Origin: Antedon mediterranea
Lineage: Eukaryota > Animalia > Echinodermata
Direction: 5' to 3'
DNA: 64,000 nt
NCBI RefSeq assembly: GCF_964355755.1
Contig: NC_092674.1
Coordinates: 6,696,001 to 6,760,000 of the forward strand
Below the pieces are notes generated by a model. The model was not told the DNA's origin. It saw only the letters and a program-made list of their open reading frames with translations, and did no database searches. Positions 27,649 through 37,938 of the stretch are shown here, piece by piece. Position 1 is the first letter of the stretch, and every line of letters starts with the position of its first letter. Position numbers and translations under genes: made by a program.

Positions 27649-28804
27649 TTAATAGTTAGTGCGCCCTCTTTGCAAACCTGTGTCGAGAACCGTACTATTC
27701 CGTGTAGAATTACGTAATCGTCCTCATTTTAGACCTACTCTACTGGATTTTTACAGTTATTTTCCATCACATACACCACTTTGAATAGTTTAATAAGTTC
27801 AACATGTTTTTTCAAGAAGTTAATCAAATCAACTGAACCGAAATCTGTATTCCTTCTCCTCCCGGCCTCGGCCGTCCGCTTCCTCTCTCTTTAGTCTTAT
27901 GAGAACAGAATCTTCTGCTAAGGACTACTACAGACAGTACTATTAAAACAATTGAATATATTATAACATCTTTCCAGCACAAAATCAACTGCGATCAATT
28001 TAAATATAAAATGATCAGTATCAAATTCTTCTTTCCAATGACACCATGGATGCCCATGTTGAATGTGGATGGTTTTCGGCCATTTTGAAATCCAAAATGG
28101 CCGCTTTCTGATCCTGTGAACAAATTTTAGGCAACCCTTCCACTTTATGTTTTTGATACCCCAATTTGAAATAAAACATAGTAAAATACAACCACAACGA
28201 AATAACCAAGACATTTATTTTTTGTTTAATGGTTAGTGCGCCATAACTCGTACTATTCCGTAGAATTACGTAATCGTCCATATTTAGACCTTCTCTAATG
28301 GATTTTTACAGTTATTTTCCATCACATACACCACTGAATAGTTTAATAATAACATGTTTATTCAAGAAGTTAAAGAGTTCATCAAATCAACTGAACCGAA
28401 ATCTGTCACATTCGCTTTGCTTCTCCCCTCCTCCCCGCTCCTCTCAGAATCCGACCTCGAAATCTTCTGCTTCTTGCTTTACATAAGGACTACTACAGAG
28501 AGTATTATTATAACAATACCCGTCAGGGTTCCAAACGGAGTTTTTACTTAATATTAGTAAAAACATAAATGTTTTGCCACATATGGCGTTTCATACGTAT
28601 ACTACTTGAGCTTCGTTGTAAACTCCAGATAGATAAAAATCGAAACGTCGACTTAAAAAGACAATAAATATACAGACTTGGGACAAGTCTAAGAAAATAC
28701 ATTTAACTCAATTTAACTTAAGCATAGAAAAAATAATCCTAAAACAGAAACATTTTTAGGTATAAATGTTTTTTTTTTAATGTATAGTTGTTAACGCATT
28801 GTAC

Positions 28805-29142
28805 TCAAACTGCCGTTTCCTCTTCGTTTACTTCAGTATTTTTCTGTAACTTCAAAACGTATCTGACCATGATATCCAATGCGTTGTAGTGTTCGATGCG
28901 TTTAAGCTCGGGCAGGAACGCGTCTAGCCTAAAATCGCAACGCGAATCCCTATACTTCAAAAGGCTTAAAAGAGGATCAGAATCACGTTCAAAATTGTCT
29001 AGCATTCTGCCTCGTACATTTAGATTGCTACCAAGGTGTTTCCAATTCTTTGTTCCGGTTGAACATTTTGGGTTGAGTTCCGTTGAAAGGTTTTGAAGTA
29101 TCGCAATGTTACAATCCATAACAGTCTTATTACACCGCTTGT
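28805..29142 (-). CDS. gene 1 exon 9, death domain
   Basis: LSTELNP...KNWKHLGSNL...FLPELKRIEHYNALDIM; in frame with ORF 28805..29176; ends ETAV*. Confidence 0.9.
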
Positions 29143-32100
29143 CTACCAAATAAAAAATTACGTTTACACATGTCACAATTAGTACATTTTACACTATTAT
29201 TAAACGGATTGTTAAAGGCTGTCGAACTGCACGAGCCGAACACTTTATATACTAAACTCTGTCTACACTAATACAACTAGTTTGACTAAAAAAGTGTGAT
29301 GTGACCAAATACGGTAGTGATACGGTATGATATCATCATGTCCAAATATGGTCACATCACATTTTTCACACATAAAGTTTGATAGTGTGGACAGAGCTTT
29401 ATGCCCAGGCTTTCCTGGCCTATTCTAACTATAATTTGAAGTATTCTATATTCAATATCTCAGATTCAAATGGCAATGTATTGCATGGTTTGTTTCGGTG
29501 AGCCATTTCATGTGCACTTTTGGAAGTTATAAACTACTTTGATTCGATTTGCGCCGGCTGTTTTAGTCATTTCTTACGATTTTCCGTTGTAACTGACCAT
29601 GCCTAAGTATCATTATACAAGGTAGGCGTCAATCAAGAAGGGATTTCATTGTAAATTATTCAGAAATTAGTTTTGATCATACCTTTAGATAAGATTTGTG
29701 TTGCTTTCTCATAGCGATGCCTTAACTCTTCAGGTGGAAATTCTACCTGTAAATCACAACAAATTGAAATAATTATATATAGATGACGTCACAATTCGCG
29801 TATTGGGATACAAGCTATGTATAAGGCTCTGTCTACACTATCAAACTTTATGTAACAAAAAAATGTGATGTTCCCTTATATTGACACGAAGGCTAGTTTG
29901 ATAATGTAGACAAAGCTTTTAAAAAATACACAACATCAATCTATTTTGTGTATTTTTTTATATAAGCATGTTTAGAAGAAGGTCTGTTACTCCATCCATA
30001 GAGTAGGCCCTACGCCATGCTCCACCCATGGAATACTCCATGCTCTATCCAGAAGTAAGTCTTTGCTCCATCAACAGAGTACTCCATTCTCTTTCCATGG
30101 AGTAATCCATACTTCATCCATGGCATAGGCCTACCTCTTGCTCCATCCCACGATTTAAACATCTCATAAGTTCAAATTGAATGCCCACCTCATCTGTTAT
30201 GTAACCACTGCTTGATCGTGATATTCTCGTCTCGTTTTCGACATTGACAGCAGTCACAAAGGGGGACGTCTCTCTGAAGAAATAATGCAATAGGCCTAAT
30301 TATTAAGAAATAAATTGAGGCTATGTTTGGGACAAACAGATACGGTAATTATATATTGGGCTAGGAATGGTCACCGTCGATACGTATCCATTCAATTATT
30401 CATGGTTATACCAAATGTATACTTACGTAGTATCGGTATTCGGACTTTCAGTGTCTATTTGCACGGCGATAGTTTGTATTTGAGTGCCAGGTTCGACATC
30501 CGCTAATAATCCGAAAATCAAAACAATAATATATATAATATATAATTTCATCAATTAGTATACAAACAAAACCAGTAATGTATTGGTTACTAATAATAAA
30601 CATAGTGTTCGGCATCATTCATAAATTGTCATAATTTCATTTTCAACTCATTTTAATGTTTAACTCAATTAATTACGAAGTCTTAATTTTTGGCTTAAAT
30701 TGGTTTTTTTTAAATGAAAAGTAATAACTTTATTATTTCACTAACCTTCTTCATTTGTATGTGTGATTTTCCAAAAGGTTCTTTTTCGAATTCCGCATAG
30801 GGTGGTGGAAAAAATAGCTATCACAAGTATTAATATCATCACCGCCACTACTATACCCATTGTCCACCAATAATGGTTAAGTGGTGTGGGCTCAACTGAT
30901 TCTTTAAAAAAAACAATGATCAATTTGTCAATGATCACAATCTGTTTTGTTCCCTAACAGATCTAACTATTACAATCAGTGGCAATACGAAAGTTGGGGG
31001 GTTGCTATTAAACCATAATGACTCTGGTCCATTTTTCTGCTGACGTTATAAAAAATGTAAACGTTCTAAAAATGAATAACCTTATTATATAGGCCCTGTA
31101 GCGTTTTGGAATAATAAAGAATAAGTTTACTTTAGTTAGTAGTCTAAGTTCCAGACGGAGTTTTGTCTTATTTTTAGTAAAAAGATAAATATGTTTGCAC
31201 ATATGGCGTTTCATATGTATACTACTTAATTGAGCTTGTATTTTCAGACAAAAATCGAAATTCTCACAAGAATATTTCTTACAAAAAACGCTGCTCGCTT
31301 ATTGTTATTGCTAAGGTCAAGTCTGGGGGTCACTTTATCAAGCCTAGATACTTCAAGTATCCTATTACAAACAAAAACTTCAATGGACATTGATAATAAT
31401 TCAATGATTATCTGACAGTGAATTATAGTAATATCATGGGACTCATAAATACCAGAAATGCTTTGGGATTTGTCATTAGACTCTTTTCCCAGCCGTTTTT
31501 TGGATTCAACAGGTGGTACCTATAAATTATAGTCGAGTTTCCATTTTAACAAAAATGTCAAAGTGTAGTACTATACTGCTGCTTGATTTCATCTAATGAA
31601 TGAGTCATCTCGTGTGACGTAGCGGGCCAGAGCAGCAGCGTGAAAAATTAATAAAAAATGACAATGAATACAGACTTGGAGAAAGTCTATTTAGTTAGAT
31701 TCGGACCCACGACTTCGTATTGGATCTTGATGAAAGAGTAATGCTCAATGGAATTTATTTTCCAATTTTATCACATTCACCAATGACTAATGTCTCCACC
31801 TATTCTATCCTTTTTGTTGTTATACATAATAACAGGTAAATCAGGAATGTTTTTGCTTTGAAGCAATTGTAAAAAAAAATCCATCAGTGGCAATTCTCTT
31901 TATTCTGATACTGTACAAATATAATAATGAATAGCCAGATTTGATACCGTTCGTTACAGTTTTGATGACTAATCAAAATAATATATTTATAATATTTATA
32001 GCCTGTGTATGTTTTTGTTTCTGTGCCCTGGATATGTGTTTATTCCGGATGTCATTGTTTGTGGTTTCTCACCTGATCGACCGGACGAATATTTCGTAGT

Positions 32101-34902
32101 GGTGTGATCTTTTCATGCACGTATAGGTATGTAATATGTTTCATGTGACTATTTTATGTACCCTGGAAATGTGTGACGTTGTTTTTTACCTGCGACTACG
32201 CTGAAAGTACATCTTTCAAGTGGTGTGATCTTTTCATACATGATGTTTCATGTGACTATTTTATGTACCCTGGAAATTAAATTCGTGACGTTGTTTGTTA
32301 CCTGCGACTACGCCGGAAGTGCATCTGTCAAGTGGCGTGATATCTTCATAATGACATCAATAATATATTTAGCTTTTGTTTGTGTGTGCCTTAAATATTT
32401 TTATTGCTGGGGTATTTTTGTTGTTTGTTTGCTTACCTGTGACAGAAGCAGGCCTACCCTCTGTCGCATCCTCTGCCGTCGGTAGTGACGTGGTGTCTTC
32501 TTCATGTGACGTCATTGGGCTTTTTGTTGTAACAGTTGTCTCAGGATTGTCTATCGTGTGACAATTAGTACAAGGTTCGCACGGTGATGTGATATTGAAA
32601 CTAACGAACCTGAAAAAGGTTTCAAATAAGAATTACGTGTGCAACTTATTTATTTTTCTTTCTTTTTTTTATATACTGGGTAACCTCTTCAGTCAAAGAC
32701 TGGCCTCAGCGGGCCGAATTATGATCAGTGGCTGTGTGTGTACTCGTCTTGTTTCTATCGGCGGTTCGGTTAATCTGTGACCATTTCTCGAAATAGGGAA
32801 ATAGGGGGAGGGGTTTGTGGGGGGGGGGGGCTGTGAAGTTGTTAATTAAAAGGGGAATCTTCTTCAGTAAACTTAGAATTGGTATAGGCCTATATTGAAA
32901 AGTTATGTTTTAGATTTGTGTAGTCCTAATCGTAAATGATGGTCTTCATCATTGATATAGGGAGAGATAGATACTTACCCTGGTAGACAGTCCCCACACT
33001 TCGCATCATGTGACGTGACAAGTTCGTGTGAACAGCTCTGTACTTCATGCCGATTCAGAGTACTGCATTGTGTACAAGGGGAACATTGACCATGACCATG
33101 TTCCGATTGAAATTCACCGATTTTACAACCCCGACAGTCACCACTTAATCCTTCAATTCCGTACCCACACGGAAATATCTAAACATGAAAGAAATTATAA
33201 TTTTATATAATTAAATTTTATCTGGGCTGAAAATGTGCTTATTTTATTTCGCATACCGATTCAATGCATGGGGTGGATGCACACAATTTGTGTAGGCCCT
33301 GGGTCTCCAAACCCCACCCTACGTTTAAAACTCGCCAAACCTTTTGTGTTTGTTATTGCTTTATCAGTTGTTATGTTGAATCCATGTTGTTCATGAATGT
33401 AAATATTATGTGTGTATTGTTTTGTTTGTGTTTTTTTTTTATCATTGTACTAAGAATGACTTAAATCGAAGCTGAATCTAAATCTGAAATCTGAACTATC
33501 AGACAATATGTATACAATCACCCCGCAACACCCCCTCCCTACTACCCATTATATTGAATCTATTTATTTAGATTTACACCTTTTGTTAAATCGGTGGCAA
33601 ACACAAAGATACATCCTTCAAAATAACAATATTAATAATAATAATAATAATAATATTTATTCGGCAAAAGTTCATAAAGTACATTTTACAATTCATCTTG
33701 CCAGGAGCAAGTAATAGGCATGAGCCCAAACAGAAAACTGCTCTTACTCCATCATTACTTATAAAATACAAAAATAACAAAACTAAGTAGCACAAATTAA
33801 ATATAACATATAAATATAAAAGACAACAAATTTTAAAAATACAATATAAAAGAAATATAATCTATGGGTGTTAAAATGTTTTCTTATAGAATTGATCAAT
33901 CACCTAATTTTCGAAAAAGGTATAAGAGAATATCTTACGCCAGTATATTCAGTTCCAGGCGGACAGACCAGACACCGCATGCATCGTTGCTTCTCTGTAT
34001 CCCATAATACAGACTTGGATTGACAACTTGGATGTAAAGACTTCGCTAATGAATACTACAAAAGAAACAATATTACCATTAAATCAACAACATTTACAAC
34101 AATCGTAAATCCATTCCCTTACGGAAATTTCCATCAACAAATTTTAGTTCTTTTATTTCAGATATTATAAAAGAAAAATGCAATACTGGAGGTATACAAA
34201 GGAAAGTAAGCATTTTACAAAATCGTATACATTCCTAAATATAAAATATACGTCAGTAATAGTTTGGGATTAAAAAATGCTCACCGACCCAGCCGTCGAT
34301 TGTTGTAAGCCATATACCCTAAATAACGGGCTGTCATAGATAATGTATATAGGCCCTACCACACGGTCAAAGCTACAATCCATCTGCACGGTACAATTTG
34401 AATTCTTTTTTTACAATATCATAGTTGATTGGTAAACTAATTAAAACAGTAACATCAGTTTCGTTTCATTGACCAAAGGCTATAATTTACACAGACGAAC
34501 GGTACGGTAACGCTAAGCGGAAACCGCGTAGCTTGTCGGATGTAGAATCTGTATCTATCCTGAGCGGAAACCACCCGTCCGCTCCACGTTGTGTGTAAAT
34601 GGTCATAAGGAATAACATAAAATCTATATTTTTATTACCGTTACCATTCGTCTGTGTAAATTGGCCTTTATGCATACAGTGAGGACAGAGTACAGGATAG
34701 AGAGAATGCAATGTGAGAAGATACAACGAATAAGGAACATACAAGATTTTTGTTTTAATTTAAACAAATAAATAAAATAAATATGTATAAAATAATTAAT
34801 AAAATAAACAAATTTAATATAAATTTGAATTCTACTTACCGGTACAGTATTCATGAAAATCATAGTATATACAAGCATAACAAACATTTTGTCAACATCC
34901 AT
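28805..34902 (-). CDS. TNF receptor superfamily member, EDAR/EDA2R/TNFRSF19-like, with death domain (gene 1; 9 exons, 423 aa)
   Basis: Hand-spliced exons 34902-34840, 34055-33939, 33178-32979, 32609-32437, 30901-30746, 30502-30427, 30273-30189, 29746-29683, 29142-28805. All introns GT-AG; phases 0,0,2,1,1,2,0,1; 1272 nt open through the stop. Signal peptide, CRDs (CMRCLVCPPG; CGYG...CSPCTQCSTLNRHEVQSC...DAKCGDCLPG), TM, death domain. Confidence 0.9.
29683..29746 (-). CDS. gene 1 exon 8, cytoplasmic
   Basis: gatttacag acceptor, gtatga donor, phase 0-1, VEFPPEELRHRYEKATQILSK. Confidence 0.82.
30189..30273 (-). CDS. gene 1 exon 7, cytoplasmic
   Basis: tttcttcag acceptor, gtgggc donor, phase 2-0, ETSPFVTAVNVENETRISRSSSGYITDE. 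Confidence 0.78.
30427..30502 (-). CDS. gene 1 exon 6, cytoplasmic
   Basis: attattag acceptor, gtaagt donor, phase 1-2, ADVEPGTQIQTIAVQIDTESPNTDT. Confidence 0.8.
30746..30901 (-). CDS. gene 1 exon 5, transmembrane segment
   Basis: WWTMGIVVAVMILILVIAIFSTTLCG followed by basic IRKR; phase 1-1, 156 nt. Confidence 0.9.
31267..31648. repeat. about 380-bp interspersed repeat, second copy at 44599-44975
   Basis: caagaatatttcttacaaaaaacgctgctcgc...gcagcagcgtgaaaa, highly similar, same orientation. Confidence 0.9.
32437..32609 (-). CDS. gene 1 exon 4, partial CRD3 plus Ser/Thr-rich stalk
   Basis: ctttttcag acceptor, CAG|gtaagc donor; FVSFNITSPCEPCTNC...ETTVTTKSPMTSHEEDTTSLPT. Confidence 0.88.
32979..33178 (-). 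CDS. gene 1 exon 3, CRD1/2 (IFPCGYG...DAKCGDCLPG)
   Basis: tttctttcatgtttag acceptor, gtaagt donor, 200 nt, TROY/XEDAR-type motifs. Confidence 0.93.
33635..33800 (-). mobile_element. 5'-truncated retroelement tail in gene 1 intron 2
   Basis: reverse complement of 17744-17912. Confidence 0.75.
33939..34055 (-). CDS. gene 1 exon 2, CRD1 part (YSLAK...CQSKSVLWDTEKQRCMRCLVCPPGTEYTG)
   Basis: ttcttttgtag acceptor, gtaaga donor, 117 nt open, TNFR cysteine spacing. Confidence 0.9.
34477..34668. mobile_element. MITE in gene 1 intron 1
   Basis: TIR aatttacacagacgaa/ttcgtctgtgtaaatt. Confidence 0.75.
34840..34902 (-). CDS. gene 1 exon 1, signal peptide MDVDKMFVMLVYTMIFMNTVP
   Basis: ATG at 34902, hydrophobic core, CCG|gtaagt donor, phase 0. 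Confidence 0.75.
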
Positions 34903-35013
34903 TATATTCCGCCGAATCACGTATAATAAAATTACACCGCCACACGTTTACAATAAACAAAATACTATACTACTTCCGACAACTTATCTATTGCTATTGG
35001 TTTGGTAAAAAAT

Positions 35014-35092
35014 CACGTGCGGAAATTCATGAATTAAAACACACCCGTGACCATCTTGGTCGTGCGCCAAGATCTCGCGGTGGAAATTTCCC
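35014..35092 (-). promoter_or_regulatory. putative gene 1 promoter: E-box CACGTG (35014-35019) and kB site GGGAAATTTCC (35082-35092)
   Basis: consensus motifs 110-190 bp upstream of the ATG in a CpG-enriched patch; another GGAAATTTCC in intron 1 at 34123-34132. Confidence 0.55.
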
Positions 35093-37938
35093 AGCCTTTC
35101 ATAGTCAATTATGAAAAAATAATACAAATAGGCATCTGATAGGCATACAGTAAATATTTATCAACTTCATCATGAAAAATTTTTAATCTCATAAATTTAC
35201 TCTGTCAATTTTTAATACCGATAGCCTACATTTTGTGCAAACACATTTGGTTAATTACGTATACTAGAGGGTGAGCTCGCTTCGCTCGCTCCCCCTCTAG
35301 GAAGTGTAGACGATGGTTCTCGGAATGATAATGTTCTCCTTATACATTTTCTGTCGGTTACCATTATTGAAAATGCTTGACATTCGTAAAACTGAACTAC
35401 TTTGTTTCACAGTGTTTTAGATGATTAATAACATTTTAAAGTATAGTTTTTATTGTTTGGTAGGGCCCTTTGGGGAGGCGGAGGTCATTTGAGGGAGGTG
35501 CTTATTCGAGGGATATATGTTAAATTTTTTAGTTCTAATAATATGGTAACATTTATAATCAAATGAAATCCTCTCATAGATATGAAAAGTGGTAAAAAAG
35601 AATAACAAATGCTTGGTAAATTGCAGATAACAGTGCGGTGAATTCTACTACAAATAGTATAATTGTGTTATTATAAATATGTGGATGGACGTTTATTAGA
35701 TAGTTGGGTTGTGGGGGGGGGGGGGGGGTATTATTCAAAGTGATGTTTTATTGGAGAGGCGTTTATTCAAATGAATACCATCCTAATAATTATTAATACA
35801 TTATTTAATTTAATCATCTTTTGAAACTAACTGCCGTGACAGAGTGGGCCCAAGAAAGAAGACATTACGGCTTGCAACATGGGCAGACATCTCGGTCCTA
35901 ACGGGACACAGGAAGATAGCCTACAGTTATTCATGCAAGCTTACTCAATAAAACTCAGCTATCGGGATTTCACTCGAAAAATGTCTTATCACCAAATCTC
36001 CCTATGTAATTGTATAATACTATTCCCCACAATATATTCTGATTCTTTATGGCGTATATTTAATTTGATCTTTATTAATTTGCAGTATAATTCCTATTAT
36101 TTAACTACTGTACCTTCACACACGTGTGGTATGTTTTAAAATAAACAAAAAACTGAAATGGCTATGATTAATGGCCAATTTTTTCGTCTTCCAAAGGGAC
36201 ACTGTATTGATTGATGGAAAGTGCCTGTTTCCAGTCACCTTTAGGGTCAAATCTATTATTTTAACTGCTCCCTTGTGTATAAAAGAGAGAAAATATTTGA
36301 AACTAAGGTGAACTTATCTTAAACCCGGAAATTACTTTGACCGGGAAGAATTGAAATTGAGAGGAAAATCCAATGTTGAAATCATAAATGTTGTTAAAAA
36401 ACTCTTTATAATATCTTCCTAAGATATAAATATGGAACAATAGCGTCGGCGTGCACACTAATGTTATCAAATCTACGTTTCGCGGTACATCTCGGATAGA
36501 TAATGTAGGTATCCAAGGCGGAGATTTGTACCGAAGTTTTTGCATTGTGCTCGCCTATGTCAAAATTAACCATAATTTATATATAGATAGTACCCAAAGT
36601 ATAAGGCCGCGTATTCTGCATAAATCGGCATAGTTGACTACTCGTGGTTAACAGAATACTAGAACAATCGGACATCAATGACAACTTTTAAGTTAAAACC
36701 AAATGGTTTAATTTATTTAATAAATATTAAACGTCATAACAGATTTGAAGAAGATATTATAATAACCTATTTATCAGTATTCATTATTTTTCATATTTGT
36801 TATTCACTTGCATAATAATAGCACGGTAACTGAAAAAAATTCCCTTTTTCAAGGGTATGGATAGCCTGCAATAAACAATTAGTTTATAGATTATATATAC
36901 TTCAATTCAATAAATAAACATAGATAACTCAAATAGGCCTCGCCCACGCTCTATACAAAATACACTGTCATGTGCATCGATTGAAGCCTAGATATCTTTA
37001 GGCCTATGCTTTCATATATATATATATATATATCCTCATCTTTATCGTTTCAAATTAATTAATTAAATTTCAGTATATCACCGGGCGGTTTAGAATTAAT
37101 GTTCTTTGCCTCTTGTGTTTATATATATATATATATATATATACAAATTATGAAATAAGGTCGAGGTATCCACTGCACTGCAATGTTTCCGTTATAAAGA
37201 GCTCAGCTCAATCTCCCGTAGTTTTTTATGACAGACTACCGGTTAAGAATAAGACATTCAACGATAAAATGCTTTTAAAATGCTTTTTATTTCACTGACT
37301 GAATGTATTCTCAACTGAGATCAATTTTTTACAAATTCTTCATTTTTCGTCTATATTATTTATTTTTTTTTGCATTGGAGGTGAGTTTCAGTTCACGAAT
37401 CACGTACAAGTGAATACTGAAAGTCACTTTGAGATGCTGAGCGTATTAAAAGTGAGAACTGTATGTAGGCCGTTGTACCATAAAATCACCAGTTTATTAT
37501 GACAATAGGTCTACTGTACTATGAAACAAAAATCTAGCAAGAATAAGTGTGCGATGTATGCTGTAGTAGCCTAATAAATTGACCCGGATGTGATCGCGCT
37601 TTGACAGCAGAAGAATACAGTATATCTCATTGAATCAATTGCAAGAGAAAACGGATCGATAGTTTATAAATAAAATATTAACATAATACCAGTGTAAATA
37701 AAGAAAAGTAACAGACTCATTGTGAATACCTACTTGCGCACCGCAGCCACACAGTTAGCCAGTCAAAAAATGTGCCCATATATAATTATATATATAGACA
37801 TGAATGAATGATGTCTATCACTACCATATTTGGGCATGTCACAAGCTGGTTTGATAGTGTATACAGAGCTTTAAAGATTGATAGTGAAATTCTGATGAGA
37901 TCGTAACTCATAAACTACCCTCGGTACGTCGTAGTGAC

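Noticed and set aside
34285-34318. Extra exon in gene 1 intron 1
   Set aside because: 34 nt would break the frame and the acceptor is weak.
37891-37916. Hammerhead core starting CTGATGA
   Set aside because: No GAAA after the putative stem II.
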